Positions 1 through 10,479 of a DNA stretch of 64,000 nt are shown here, piece by piece. The stretch comes from Amoebophrya sp. A120 (lineage: Eukaryota > Protista > Dinoflagellata), in contig CAJINV010000011.1 of the NCBI GenBank assembly GCA_905178155.1, forward strand, positions 3,437,077 through 3,501,076. Direction: 5' to 3'. Below the pieces are notes generated by a model that was not told the DNA's origin, searched no databases, and saw only the letters and a program-made list of their open reading frames with translations. A program made the position numbers and the translations under genes. Each line of letters begins with the position of its first letter. The first letter of the stretch is position 1.

Positions 1-314
1 TCGTCAACATCTCGTCAGCAGATGATTCGTGAACGAGATTCATCTTCGTTGCTCTTAAACCGAACTTGCTGTGCGGGTCGTATGCAAGGTTCGCCCTCCT
101 GTTAGTTAGCCGTGGCTCCTTCGTAGAATGATGAAATATTTTCGTTGTCGTTGCAAACAAATCAGAAGTCGGACTGAGCAACCTTGATTGAAGATGCACC
201 TAGAACCAATCAACACCTCATTCATTTTCTGTTTTTGCTCGCAGGGCGCGGTTTTTTTGTGGAAACAAATATTGGATTTGTTAGTTGCATAGCAAAGAAG
301 GCCCTTTTCGAAAA

Positions 315-3300
315 ATGACGGACCTTTCGTCCTCTCTCTCGGGAGCTTCAAGTTCCACTTCAAGTTCCGGGTCCTCTTCGTCCAGGAGAAGTTTTATCAC
401 GACCAGCAACTCGAGCTCATCCTCTGCGTCGTCAGCCTCAGAATCGGCTTCTTCTACGTCCTCTTCCAGCGCGTCCGGTTCTTCATCTTCCAGCAGTTTT
501 TCGTCAGCTAGAGACAGCAGTCACCTAGGCCCACCGTCGGAAGTGCCAGAGATTGACGATGATGGGTCAAAAATGTCATCCTCTGTGGCCACCTCTTTGA
601 TGTCCTGGACTGTGAAAGAACCGATTTATTCACATTCCTCCTCCCACCATCGAGAGCCAGAGAGCTCCATCACGGCCCGTGCCCGCGCGCTGAAGGCGCA
701 GGAGCCGATTTTCCTCTTTGCGCCCTCGTCGAGAAGTGGCACGACATCATCGGCCTCTTCGTCCGGGAGCGGCTCATCTTCTGCCGCGGGGTCAAAGAGC
801 AGCAAAGGTGGCTCTGGCTCCTCGTCATCGTCTGGGGGTAGTAGTAGCAGTAGCGGTAGTTCTAGTGCGACTGCGAGCAAAGAGTCCTCGTCCACAGCGA
901 AGAAGTCGTCAGAAAAGTCTTCGAGCAAGCAGACGTCTTCCTCCTCCTCCAGTAGCGCGACGTCATCATCCTCTCCCGTGACCAGTTCTACCGATCAAAA
1001 GAAAAGCACTTCCGAGAAGAGCAAGCGGAAAAGTACTAGCAGGAAAAGCATAGACGACTCGAGTGGTGCAGCAGGGGCAAACATGAAAAAATCCGTCTCG
1101 AACATTACAACCGTAACGGAGCCGGGGCTACACGCGGAGGGCGAAGCACCTGCGCCAGGGACTTTGAACATGGCTCAGCCGCAGGTAATTCTTTCCGGAT
1201 CGGAGTCCGCACAAGATTCTTCTTCATTTGCGGCTAGCAGTAAGGAGCAGAACTACGGGACGAATTATGCGGGGAGTAGAACCTCTGCAGCACAACGACG
1301 GGAGCTGAAAGTGCAGCGGGCACTGGAGCAAACGAGACGCGCACTGGACGCTGGCGCACGGATGCACGCGGTCGGCGCGGAAATGACGGCGAAGAAAAAG
1401 GCGCTCGCGGAGGCGAAACGAGTAGCGGACGACGAACTGGTCCGGCGGTCGCAGCTGGAGCGGATCGCAAGGCGGAAGGGGTTGGGAACCCGGGTGGATT
1501 TGCTGACCAGTCACGACTATGAAATGCAAAAATGTCTGGGTCTGGAAGAATGCAAGATTTCGATTTGTGATGCAGGTTTTCCATGACCCATGAGGTCTGG
1601 GATGCGAGACCCAGCATGACAGATTCTTTGAGGTCTCTATCATGCCGTTCCTGCATGAGAAACTCCCTCTCAACTTGGTCAAAAGCGGACAGCTTTTGGC
1701 ACTCACGCAACACAGATTTTTGCATCATTTAGATTTAGCATGACAAGTTCTAATCTTCCAGACCCAGACATTTTTTCAATCCATAATGACGACGTGCATT
1801 CGAAAGCGGAGCGGGATGCGTTCCTAGCCGGGATGTTTTCCCAAGGCATGGAGATGTTGGAAAGGAGAAAAGAGGTATGAAACAAAAAATAAAAAATGAA
1901 ATCAAGAACTTCAAGTGCTGACGCTTTTCCTCGGGTTTTTGGCTTGACATTACATGTAACGAACGAGATGTGGATCTGGAAGTTTCAAGAATAATATGTT
2001 TGCCTCTATTGCTTCTAGAATTGGTTTATCACAAAAATTCGTACCAGCGCATCGCCAACGCGCGTCCCCAGCGGGACTACCAGAAAGAGCTCGAGGAGAT
2101 GTTACATCAGTCCATGGCCTCCTACGCGGCATTGCAGAAGAAGGGTCTCTACCGCCCCGAAATGAGCGTGGAAAAATACGCGGAGGAGGACGCGGCGTTG
2201 CCCCCCGACGTCCCCCGTGCGTCCGACATCAGTAAAATGACCACGGCGTTCGAACGGTTACACTCCCTGGGGAAGCTGTCGCTCGCGCGGAACAAGCTCC
2301 GTGCGGAGAGGAAGGAGAAGGAGGAAGTCGAGCTGTCGGAGAAGGTGGAAACGACGATTAGAACGGCGTTGAAATCTTACAAAGACGATTTCGGCGGGCG
2401 AGATTTTTTGGACAACGACCCGACCTGGGCGATGAAAGCGCACGGCAACTACGCGAACATCCTGCGGCAAAGAGACCACGAGCGGGAGCACGAGGCGGAC
2501 AAGGATTTTTTCCACTTCCACGCGCCGCAGGTAGCTTTGCAGGTGAAGTATGAGAAGTTGGCGAATAATGGTGAGTGGGACCCGGAGACCGCCTGGTTGG
2601 GACTCTACAAGGACTACAAGCGGAGGCAAGCGAAGAAGGCGAACCTGCTGAAGCAGAGCGAGTTGGCGCAGAAGGTGATGCTCAGGTCTCTGACCCAGTT
2701 GGTGCAGAAGCAGCGGCAGGAAAGAAGGGCGTTCCTCGGCATGGACCGGCCGTTATCAAATGCAAATATGTCTGGGTCTGGAAGAATGCAAATTTGTCAT
2801 GCTGGTCTGGCATGACTTTTGAATCTGTGATGCATGAGCAGGAAAAGGGCCTATTGCCACCTGTCATGCAAAAACGCAGTTTGTCATGCGAAAACCGAAA
2901 CACACAGCAGCGCAAAAACATGTCATGCTGGGCAGCATATTGCAGTGTGCCCACCATTCGTAGATTCGCATCGCAAGTTTCCAGGCCCAGACATATTTGC
3001 AATGCATAGCCACCGCGCGCGCCGCAGGAGGTCAGCGCCATGCTGTACGCGGAATTTTTCGCGCGCAAAAAGAACAAACAGTTGCTGCTGAAAGATAGTA
3101 TCGAAAGGGAGCGGGCGCGGATTCAGGAGATGCGGAAGTGCATTTTTGTGCGGATGGAGAAAAATTACCACCGTGCGGTCAAGCTGTACCGCGGCCAGTT
3201 GGTGGAAAACCACAACCGAAGCAGCGGCGCAGGGTTAGCGCCCATGATGAAGGCGATCTACAGCACGAATGACGGAGGTGGGAGTAGTAGTAGTGCGCTC

Positions 3301-4080
3301 GACCAAAATGAGGAGTTGCAGGAAATGCAACACGATCTACCGAGACTGCAGATGCGGAAGCACTTGTTCGCGAGCGTTTTCGACTACTTGCACAGTACGA
3401 AACGCGTCCTCGCGGTCGCCGCGGACCCGCACCCAGACCGGCGGACGGCGTCCTTGAAGCCGAGTAACATTTTTACGAAGCTGCACAACGACGCGGTGGA
3501 GCGGCTGGCGCGACGGCAACAGGTCCGAATCGCGAGGGCACTGTTGGAAACCCGGCAATTCAAATTGCGGGAGTGGGAGCGAAACGAGTACGCGCGGCAA
3601 ACGTACAAACTCTTATCCGGGGCGGGGGCGGAGGAAGATAACGCGACAAATAAATCTGGACCACGAGAAGGAGAAAAAACGCAAGAGAACAAAGACAGCA
3701 TCCCAGATTCCTTCCTGATGCGACAGGAGTTCGAGATTGTGTGGCGCAAATTCAACCGCACGCGGGACCGGGCCTACGCGGCCGCCAAGATTGTTACGGA
3801 GGAACGAGAAGCGGCGCAAGCCAGGGAAATCGAGCTGGAGCAGCGCAAGGCGCAGTTGGCGAGGTTGCAGGCGGAGTCACCTCACCCGCCGGCGGTGTAC
3901 GATCCAGCGGAGAACGCGGAAAAGGTAAAACAGGAGCAAGTTGTACCAGCGCCGTCTGTTGTTGTTCAAGGAAATAGGCCTAGTGCTGGTAAAACTAGTG
4001 GCGTATTGAAAGGGACAGGAGAGATCCGCTCCGCACCGTCCGTGTCCGCGGGGACAAAGCAGCTGAAAACGAGGAAGTGA
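315..4080 (+). CDS. Hypothetical protein with a Ser-rich N-terminus and coiled-coil C-terminus; 4 exons
   Basis: ORFs 285, 1970 and 3040 join in frame after removing TIR elements 1518-1785 and 2754-3008 (each plus one 5-bp DR) and GT-AG intron 1875-2047. Junctions read LTSHD|DVHSK, RKE|RIANA and MDRP|PRAPQEVSAMLYAEF. Confidence 0.75.
1518..1785. mobile_element. Introner-type TIR element, family A (non-canonical intron)
   Basis: tatgaaatgcaaaaatgtctgggtctggaaga ... tcttccagacccagacattttttcaatccata; flanks acgac/atgac; excision restores the frame. Confidence 0.9.
2754..3008. mobile_element. Introner-type TIR element, family A
   Basis: tatcaaatgcaaatatgtctgggtctggaa ... ttccaggcccagacatatttgcaatgcata; flanks gccgt/gccac; excision restores the frame. 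Confidence 0.9.
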
Positions 4081-4859
4081 AGAGAGGTAACTGGTACTTT
4101 ACAGAGAAGAAGCTAACAAGGTTGTCCTGTCTTATGCATTGTTTTTCTGTAGTTTCGAAAGAATTACATCATGTTTAGTCCTATTCTGAATGTATCTTAT
4201 TCTTGGTTTCCCCTTTAGGTTGAGGATTATCGACACAATGTACATATTCATGTTCTCGCAGGATTTTATGCATATGGAGGTACCTCCGACTTTTTTACGC
4301 CGTGTAGACTTTTTTAGCATACATACAAACCATTTTTTCCAATTGACAAAGCAGAAGAAACCGTTTCGGTTTTTTTCAAACTTATCACTTTTTTGGCATC
4401 AGGGAAAATCGCAGTTTATCGGATTGGATTCGAAGTGATTACCGTGTGTGGATCTATTTTTGACGTTGCTAATGACGAAACACAAACATCAACATGTACA
4501 ATAGGCACTGTGTTTTTATCAGAAACAGAAGGGCAGCAAGCCATCGCATACGATCAGCGCACATCGTTACAGGTCGTGTTTCCGTACTAGGAGAGTTCCA
4601 TTATTTGAACTCTCTGTCTTGAAACGGTAAAAGCTCACTACTTGATCAACTAGAACGAACTCTGGCACTTGATGCAAGCCGCCTGGCTTTGTTGTATTTT
4701 TGGGTACGTCGGTAGTTCTGAGTCGCATTTTGATTTTTCAGGTTACAAACGCAAGCCGCACTCTTTCCAGCGTTTTTGATGACATTTCGATTTCGCCTCT
4801 TTATCTTACTTCAAAGTGGATTAGGCATCCTATCGCATTATCGTGAATATTAAAACAAA

Positions 4860-7800
4860 ATGGTTGAAGTTTTGCGAGCCCCCGACGACGATCGGAGCTG
4901 GGATTGCTCGCAGTGTCAGCACACAAACGTCGCTGTGGTAATCCGGATTTCTCGTCCCTTTACACAAAGTTTTTTTGATGATTTAGCTGAACAAGAGGAT
5001 AATTCGAATTCCTATAGTACTCACTTCTTCGCGAAAAATGTGGCGAGGACTTGTATCACAAAAGGAAAAGTGTGAAGATCAAAACCTTTATCAGGTCGAG
5101 TGCATCTGCAAAACCTGGCTCTGCATCAAGTGTGGGAACCGGAACCTAAATTTTTCCGGTCGTCTGGAGTGTAACCGCAAGGCCTGCAAGCAGTGGAAAA
5201 CGACGGAGATAACCGATTTCGAGCTCCTGACTATTCGCGAAGGTCGCGACAGTTTTCTGGCTCAATTTTGCCGAAGCCCGACCTAATGCATGAGATTTCT
5301 GTAGTCATGATCTGCGCCGCGCTAATCAATACCGAATGAGCCTGGTTGCTTTACATGGTGATGAAATTTCAGAAAAAAGTACCGCGAGCTCCGGCAGTTT
5401 CGACTCGCCAGACCTCACATCTCGAAGGAGTTGCTCCCGGTGTGGTTGCTTGAAGTCCTGAAAAATTTTGCCTTCCACGGACTTGAAGAACCCGTTATCG
5501 CGGCGCGGGTCGCGCCAATGTTTTCGGTGGGAGTCTGGCCCGAGCCCACCTGATCAACAGGCTGCTCGACAAAGTCAACAGTGGCTCAAGGCCCATCCTC
5601 GCCCATGGCAATGGGAGACACAACATCTTTCTGGCGTACGACAATACACGCCAGTCCTCGCAGGGTTTAGGGTTAGCGTTCCGTCCCCAAGGTGGTGCAA
5701 CATGAGAACCTCCGGATCTGAGGCGTGCCTCGGCGACCCATCGACCGTTGTGGCCCCTGCTGGGTCCGCGCTATCCTCAATGAAAAAATGGGACTCAAAT
5801 TTAGCTACTCTTGATTTGCTGTAGTGGGACCCGAAAAGTAGAAGATAGCTAGACTATTGCAGTTCTGGAATGTGTCAATGGCTAGCTAGATCAAAACATG
5901 TTTTCTCATCGATCAAAAGCGTATTCTTTTCCAGATGCAGGTAGAAGCCGGCACCCAGACGCCGCGGCCTAGTCGCTCGGCAGTGGTGCGGACGGGAACG
6001 AGGATAAAGTCGCTGCTCTGGGTTGTTCCTGGAAATGCGAGGTGGTGGCCACTGCGGTGACGAACTCGAGGCCGACCCTGGAGACCGGAGGCGGAGTCGA
6101 CGAATGGGCGTCGGAGAATGAAAAAATTTGAAAAATTTCGTCTGCGGACAAAATTCACGTTAGTATGCAAGCAGTGGAAAACGACGGAGATAACCGATTT
6201 CGAGTTTATCAAAAAGTACTTCCTTGACAAAGCAGCTTTGTCGATTGTTTTTGCTGTCACTTGTTCGCAAGTGCTACTTGAGGCTGACGTTCTAAAATGC
6301 ATAGCCAACAGCGTCGCGTATGGTGCATTGGGCGTGTTGTTCTTTTTGATATCTCGGCACAGGAACTCCGATTTGAGAGCCTTTTCCTCGTCACCGTTCG
6401 TTTATCCAAGGGAGAAGCACATCCATACCAGAAAAATCAATCAGATGCAGTCGTGTCTGATCTGATGCATGATGCACTGTGTCTAGCATGACCCTACTCT
6501 CCTGGGAATTCCACAATGACAATACCGATGGAGTTGTCCTTGTGGCTCAGTATTTTGAGAATTTGGATTTCGATTTTTGGCAATGTAAACTCATATATAA
6601 TTCTGGTATGGATGTTCTTTTCTGTAGGATATTTTTCCATCGTTCGGAATTTCGAGCATCGCGAGATGAAATTTCTTATCACCTGCAAACGCGTTTGGAT
6701 TTGGAAATCTTTGATGCTAAATTGTATGTGTGGCTAGTGCGCTTCGAAGTGTAGCCCGAAGTGGCAGTGCAATGCTCTTGCTCGCTCGAGCGTGGAGCAT
6801 ACACATGATACTATACAGCAGAACACTCTAGGAATTATACTGCTCGCGCCGCGAGCAGTAAGAATAGCTTCTGAACATAGTAATCTCGACTGCCCGTGGC
6901 GGGCAGTCGAGATTACTATGTTCAGAAGCACAACAAGACGGCGCATGCTTTTGGCAGGTGATCGCGTTCTGTTTCATCGTTCCTCTCCCAAATAAGTAAC
7001 ATGTTTGCAACGGATAATCTTCCAGAGAAACGATTTTCTCGGACCCAAGCAGCCTTGCTGCGCTCTCGCGGATTTGCGTGGTAATCCGATACTTTATGGG
7101 GTTCTCAAACGTTACATTCTCAACTGTTACTACTCCACAGGCTAGCAACGACTGCCGGTCCAGCCAACCACTTTCACAAGTCCTGTATGACAGTGCACAA
7201 CCCCCCCTCCCCCTCATTTCTCATGCAAAATCCCCGATCCGGCTGCTGCCTTGTAGCACTGTTCGCATGACAAATTCTGGAAGCGAGAACAGCACTACAA
7301 TCCGTGCATAAATTTGTCATGCACAGCATACACGTGTGCTGTTGCTTGTATTGCTGTTGATGCTATACAAATGAGGGGGAGGGGGGGTTGTGCGCTCTCA
7401 TACCCTGGCCCAGCACTTCCGAAGCCCGTCCCGGGTCAGCACTTTTTTCGAACACTCGTCCTGGCCCAGCACTTTCAAAAGCTCGACGTCCTGGCCCAGT
7501 GCCAAAAGCTCGTCCTGGTGTGCTTCGTTCGTTAGTCCAGCCGTGTCAAGAATCTGGGCCGGAGGAGGCGTGACCACGCTGGACTCTCGGCGCGAGGAGC
7601 CTTGAGGACCCGGTTTCTGCGATGAATTCTCGGCTGGAGGACCGCCCGCGCTTTCCCTCCTGCGGTCCGACGAGGACGAGGACGACGCGCAGCTGCGCGG
7701 TTTATTCCGGCAAGCAGTGGAAAACGACGGAGATAACCGATTTCGAGTTTATCAAAAAGTACAAGCAGCATTGTCGGAATCACGGGACCGCTGGTGATAA

Positions 7801-10236
7801 GAAGAACCATCAAAACGGCCGGAGCGGCAGTAACAATAGGCCAGGAATAGATAACAAGCGCCGGGATCGTGCCGCTGCCAGGGATGAACTTCGCGGTCAA
7901 AACCCTCTTCCTCGATCGCGCGCGAGGGACGATGACCGATCGCGCCGTCGCAGCCCCCGTGGGCTCCGGGGAGGTCGAGGAGATCGAAATCAAAGGTCCG
8001 GCGAGCGCGGCCACGCCCGCCACCGCAGTGAAGGGCGTAGCCGTAGACGCGAGGACACTACCGCTCGCGCCGTGCACGATAGGGACAACCGGCGGAAGCC
8101 GGAGAACGGAGAGTGGCGTTGCCCGAAATGCTTAAATTTGAATTTCGAAAAGCGGAAGATTTGCAACGCCTTCAACTGCGGCTACCCAAAAGAACCCTGG
8201 AAGTGCCCGGCGTGCAACGCGCAAAATGCCGCGGGGGAGTTTCTGTGTGCCGCGTGCGGGAAACCGCACCCCAACGCTACAGAGAAGCATCTGAAGTTCA
8301 TGCCCAAAAACCAGCCGAATAATCAGTATCAGGCGGATCGGAGAAGCAACAATGGCGCTGCGGGAGGGTCGTCCCCGTCTTGCTCCGCGGATATGGTTAT
8401 TGACCAAGCTCCCGTGGTATCAAATGCAAAGATGTCCGGGTGTGGAAGCATGCAACTTGTGATGCTACATCTGGATTCCAAAAAAATCTGTATTGCATGA
8501 GCAGCAAGCAGTGGAAAACGACGGAGATAACCGATTTCGAGTTTATCAAAAAGTACAAGCAGCATTGTCGGAATCACGGGACCGCTGGTGGTAAAAACCA
8601 TCAAAACGGCCGGAGCGGCAGTAACAAAAGGGCAGGAATAAATAACAAGCGCCGGGATCGTGACGGTGCCAGGGATGATGAACGTCGGGGTCAAAATCCT
8701 CTCGCTCGATCGCGCGCGAGGGACGATCATGACCGATCGCGCCGTCGCAGCCCGCCCCGCGGGCTCCGGGGAGGTCGGGGAGATCGAAATCACAGGTCCG
8801 GTGAGCGCGGCCACGCCCGCCGCCGCAGTGAAGGGCGGAGAGGACGCGACGAGACCACCCCACGCGCGGTGCACGATAGGAACAATCGGCGGAAGCCAGA
8901 GAATGGGGAGTGGCGTTGCCCGAAATGCTTAAATTTGAACTTCGAAAAGCGGAAGATTTGCAACGCGTTCAATTGCGGCTACCCAAAAGAACCCTGGAAG
9001 TGCCCGGCGTGCAACGCGCAAAATGCCGCGGGGGAGTTTCTGTGTGCAGCCTGCGGGAAACCCCACCCCAACGCTACAGAGAAGCATCTGAAGTTCATGC
9101 CGAAAAACCAGCCGAATAATCAGTATCAGGTGGATCGGAGAAGCAATAATGGCGCTGCAGGAGCGCCGTCCTCGTCTAGCTCCGCGGATCTGGTTGGGGA
9201 GATGATGAATATAAAGCCACTTCAGGTCCCGGGGGAACAAGCGATAATAGGAAACAGCTCCAAGTCCAACCAACAAACCCCTTCGAAAGCGAGTTCCGTT
9301 GTGTCTAGTAAGAAAAACAACAACAAAGCGACTAATCGAGATCGACCGCCCCCACCGCCACCGCGAAGGAGAGTGCAGAGCGAATTTAATATTGACGCGC
9401 AACAGACTACAGGCGCAGCGAGTCGGGAAAGAAGTCCGAGGCGGGCGGATGATGGTGGCGTGGGAGTAGGGGACGGGCCACATGAAGATGACATAAATCG
9501 CGGACAACAAGATGACTCCTTCCCTCCCAGCGAAAACTTGGAACACACCAACGAAAACTACGCTGACAACCTCGACCAGAGTGCTCTTGAGCAAGCGGTA
9601 GAGCCAGAGAACCCTTTTCTTGATCCGCAAGAAATAAAACCCGGTTCATCTGAAGCTGGGCGTCAAAACGATCAGGAGCGCGAAGATGAACCGTCGTTGT
9701 CGCAAATCGACGAGCCCTCTGCGCTGGACCAGGAGATGAAGTCTCGAAGTAGTTCTCGGCAAAGCGACAAGAGCGGCGGCAGGCTAAGCCGCGCGAGGAG
9801 GAGAAAAGAAGACGGCGTGGTTGAAGATAGTGCGTTGGACGATCCAGGGCCGGTGGGGAAAGGTGTAATAGACGAAGTTGTGCCTGAGCCTGTAGCGGTT
9901 GAAGCGGAGGAAAAAAGTCCACCAGCAGCGCACCGCACAGAAACTTCCCAGCCAATAGGGAAAGCGGAAACATGTCAAGCACTAATACCCATGCCCGGAG
10001 GAGGTACCTATCCTGGTTTTTTGCTGAACTGCTTTGTGCGCACTTCAGTACTGTGTTTTTCTTTATCGCATGCTAACTATCGAAGAAGCCTAGTCCGCAT
10101 TGTTCTTCTTAACCACGACTTGGTATCATCGGTAAAAAGGAAAGCACAAAACTCTTCTAGGTGGAGTAGAGCTGGTGACGATGAGGCCCCTCCTCACGGC
10201 CGACGGTGAGCATATCCATGTGAACGGGCACGCCAT
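4860..10236 (+). CDS. RanBP2-type zinc-finger, RS/RD-rich putative RNA-binding protein; interrupted by repeated exon restarts; 3' end uncertain
   Basis: Exon 1 at 4860-4937 and GT-AG intron 4938-5094 give WDCSQCQHTNVAV|VECICKTWLCIKCGNRN...ECNRKACKQWKTTEITDFE. It continues in the copy at 8504 with WRCPKCLNLNFEKRKICNAFNC and WKCPACNAQNAAGEFLCAAC (W-x-C-x2-C-x3-N...C-x2/4-C). A further GT-AG intron lies at about 10003-10160. Confidence 0.7.
6403..6631. mobile_element. TAT...ATA TIR element, distinct family (E), inside a captured antisense exon fragment
   Basis: Imperfect 31-bp TIR: tatccaagggagaagcacatccataccagaa / ttctggtatggatgttcttttctgtaggata. The DR is weak, but removing the element plus 5 bp restores a minus-strand frame. 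Confidence 0.75.
6838..6929. repeat. Two tandem perfect hairpins (11-bp arms and 30-bp arms)
   Basis: tactgctcgcg-c-cgcgagcagta (6838-6860); gcttctgaacatagtaatctcgactgcccg-tgg-cgggcagtcgagattactatgttcagaagc (6867-6929). Confidence 0.95.
7186..7402. mobile_element. TAT...ATA TIR element, distinct family (G)
   Basis: TIR tatgacagtgcacaaccccccctccccctcattt / aaatgagggggagggggggttgtgcgctctcata (2 mismatches); flanks tcctg/ccctg; internal gcatgaca/tgtcatgc motifs. Confidence 0.9.
7403..7520. repeat. Degenerate minisatellite, unit about 27-31 bp (gtcctggcccagcactt...aagctc)
   Basis: About four imperfect units containing cctggcccag(c/t) or cccgggtcagc. Confidence 0.7.
8418..8503. mobile_element. 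Truncated family A introner (one TIR only)
   Basis: tatcaaatgcaaagatgtccgggtgtggaagc..., similar to the left end of 34137; cut off exactly at the exon restart at 8504. Confidence 0.85.
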
Positions 10237-10479
10237 GTATTACAAAGCGCCACTGAGTCCAAAACTGACAGGAAGCACGGGGGTGGGCTCGAAACCGAGA
10301 GCCAGCCGCAAGTGAAGGGATTTCGGTCCTAAATTTTTGAAAATACGCCTGAATTCGTGAAGAAATTCCTTGATACAGGAGGCAAATAGATACTATACTT
10401 GTGATTATAAAAAAAAACAATTACAATACAATTCCGATTTATCGATCTTCGTGCAACGCCAGCTTGTAATCGTTTACAA

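Larger units (their letters stand above)
5186..9195 (+). repeat. Four direct copies of one exon segment sharing the same left end (gcaagcagtggaaaacgacggagataaccgatttcgag)
   Basis: Copies start at 5186 (38 bp), 6167 (53 bp), 7710 (about 690 bp, diverged) and 8504 (full length). Confidence 0.95.

Noticed and set aside
5188-5196. aagcagtgg matches the start of the SMART cDNA adapter
   Set aside because: Only 9 nt match, and the sequence is in frame within the ZnF exon (KQWK), so it is probably coincidental. Worth remembering when testing for library artefacts.
5663-5676. Telomere-like gggtttagggttag
   Set aside because: Only about two units; too short to call a telomere-addition scar.
5186-8541. 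CRISPR-like array (38-bp repeat x4)
   Set aside because: The repeat is protein-coding exon sequence of variable length, spacing is 0.8-1.5 kb, no cas genes are present and the context is eukaryotic.
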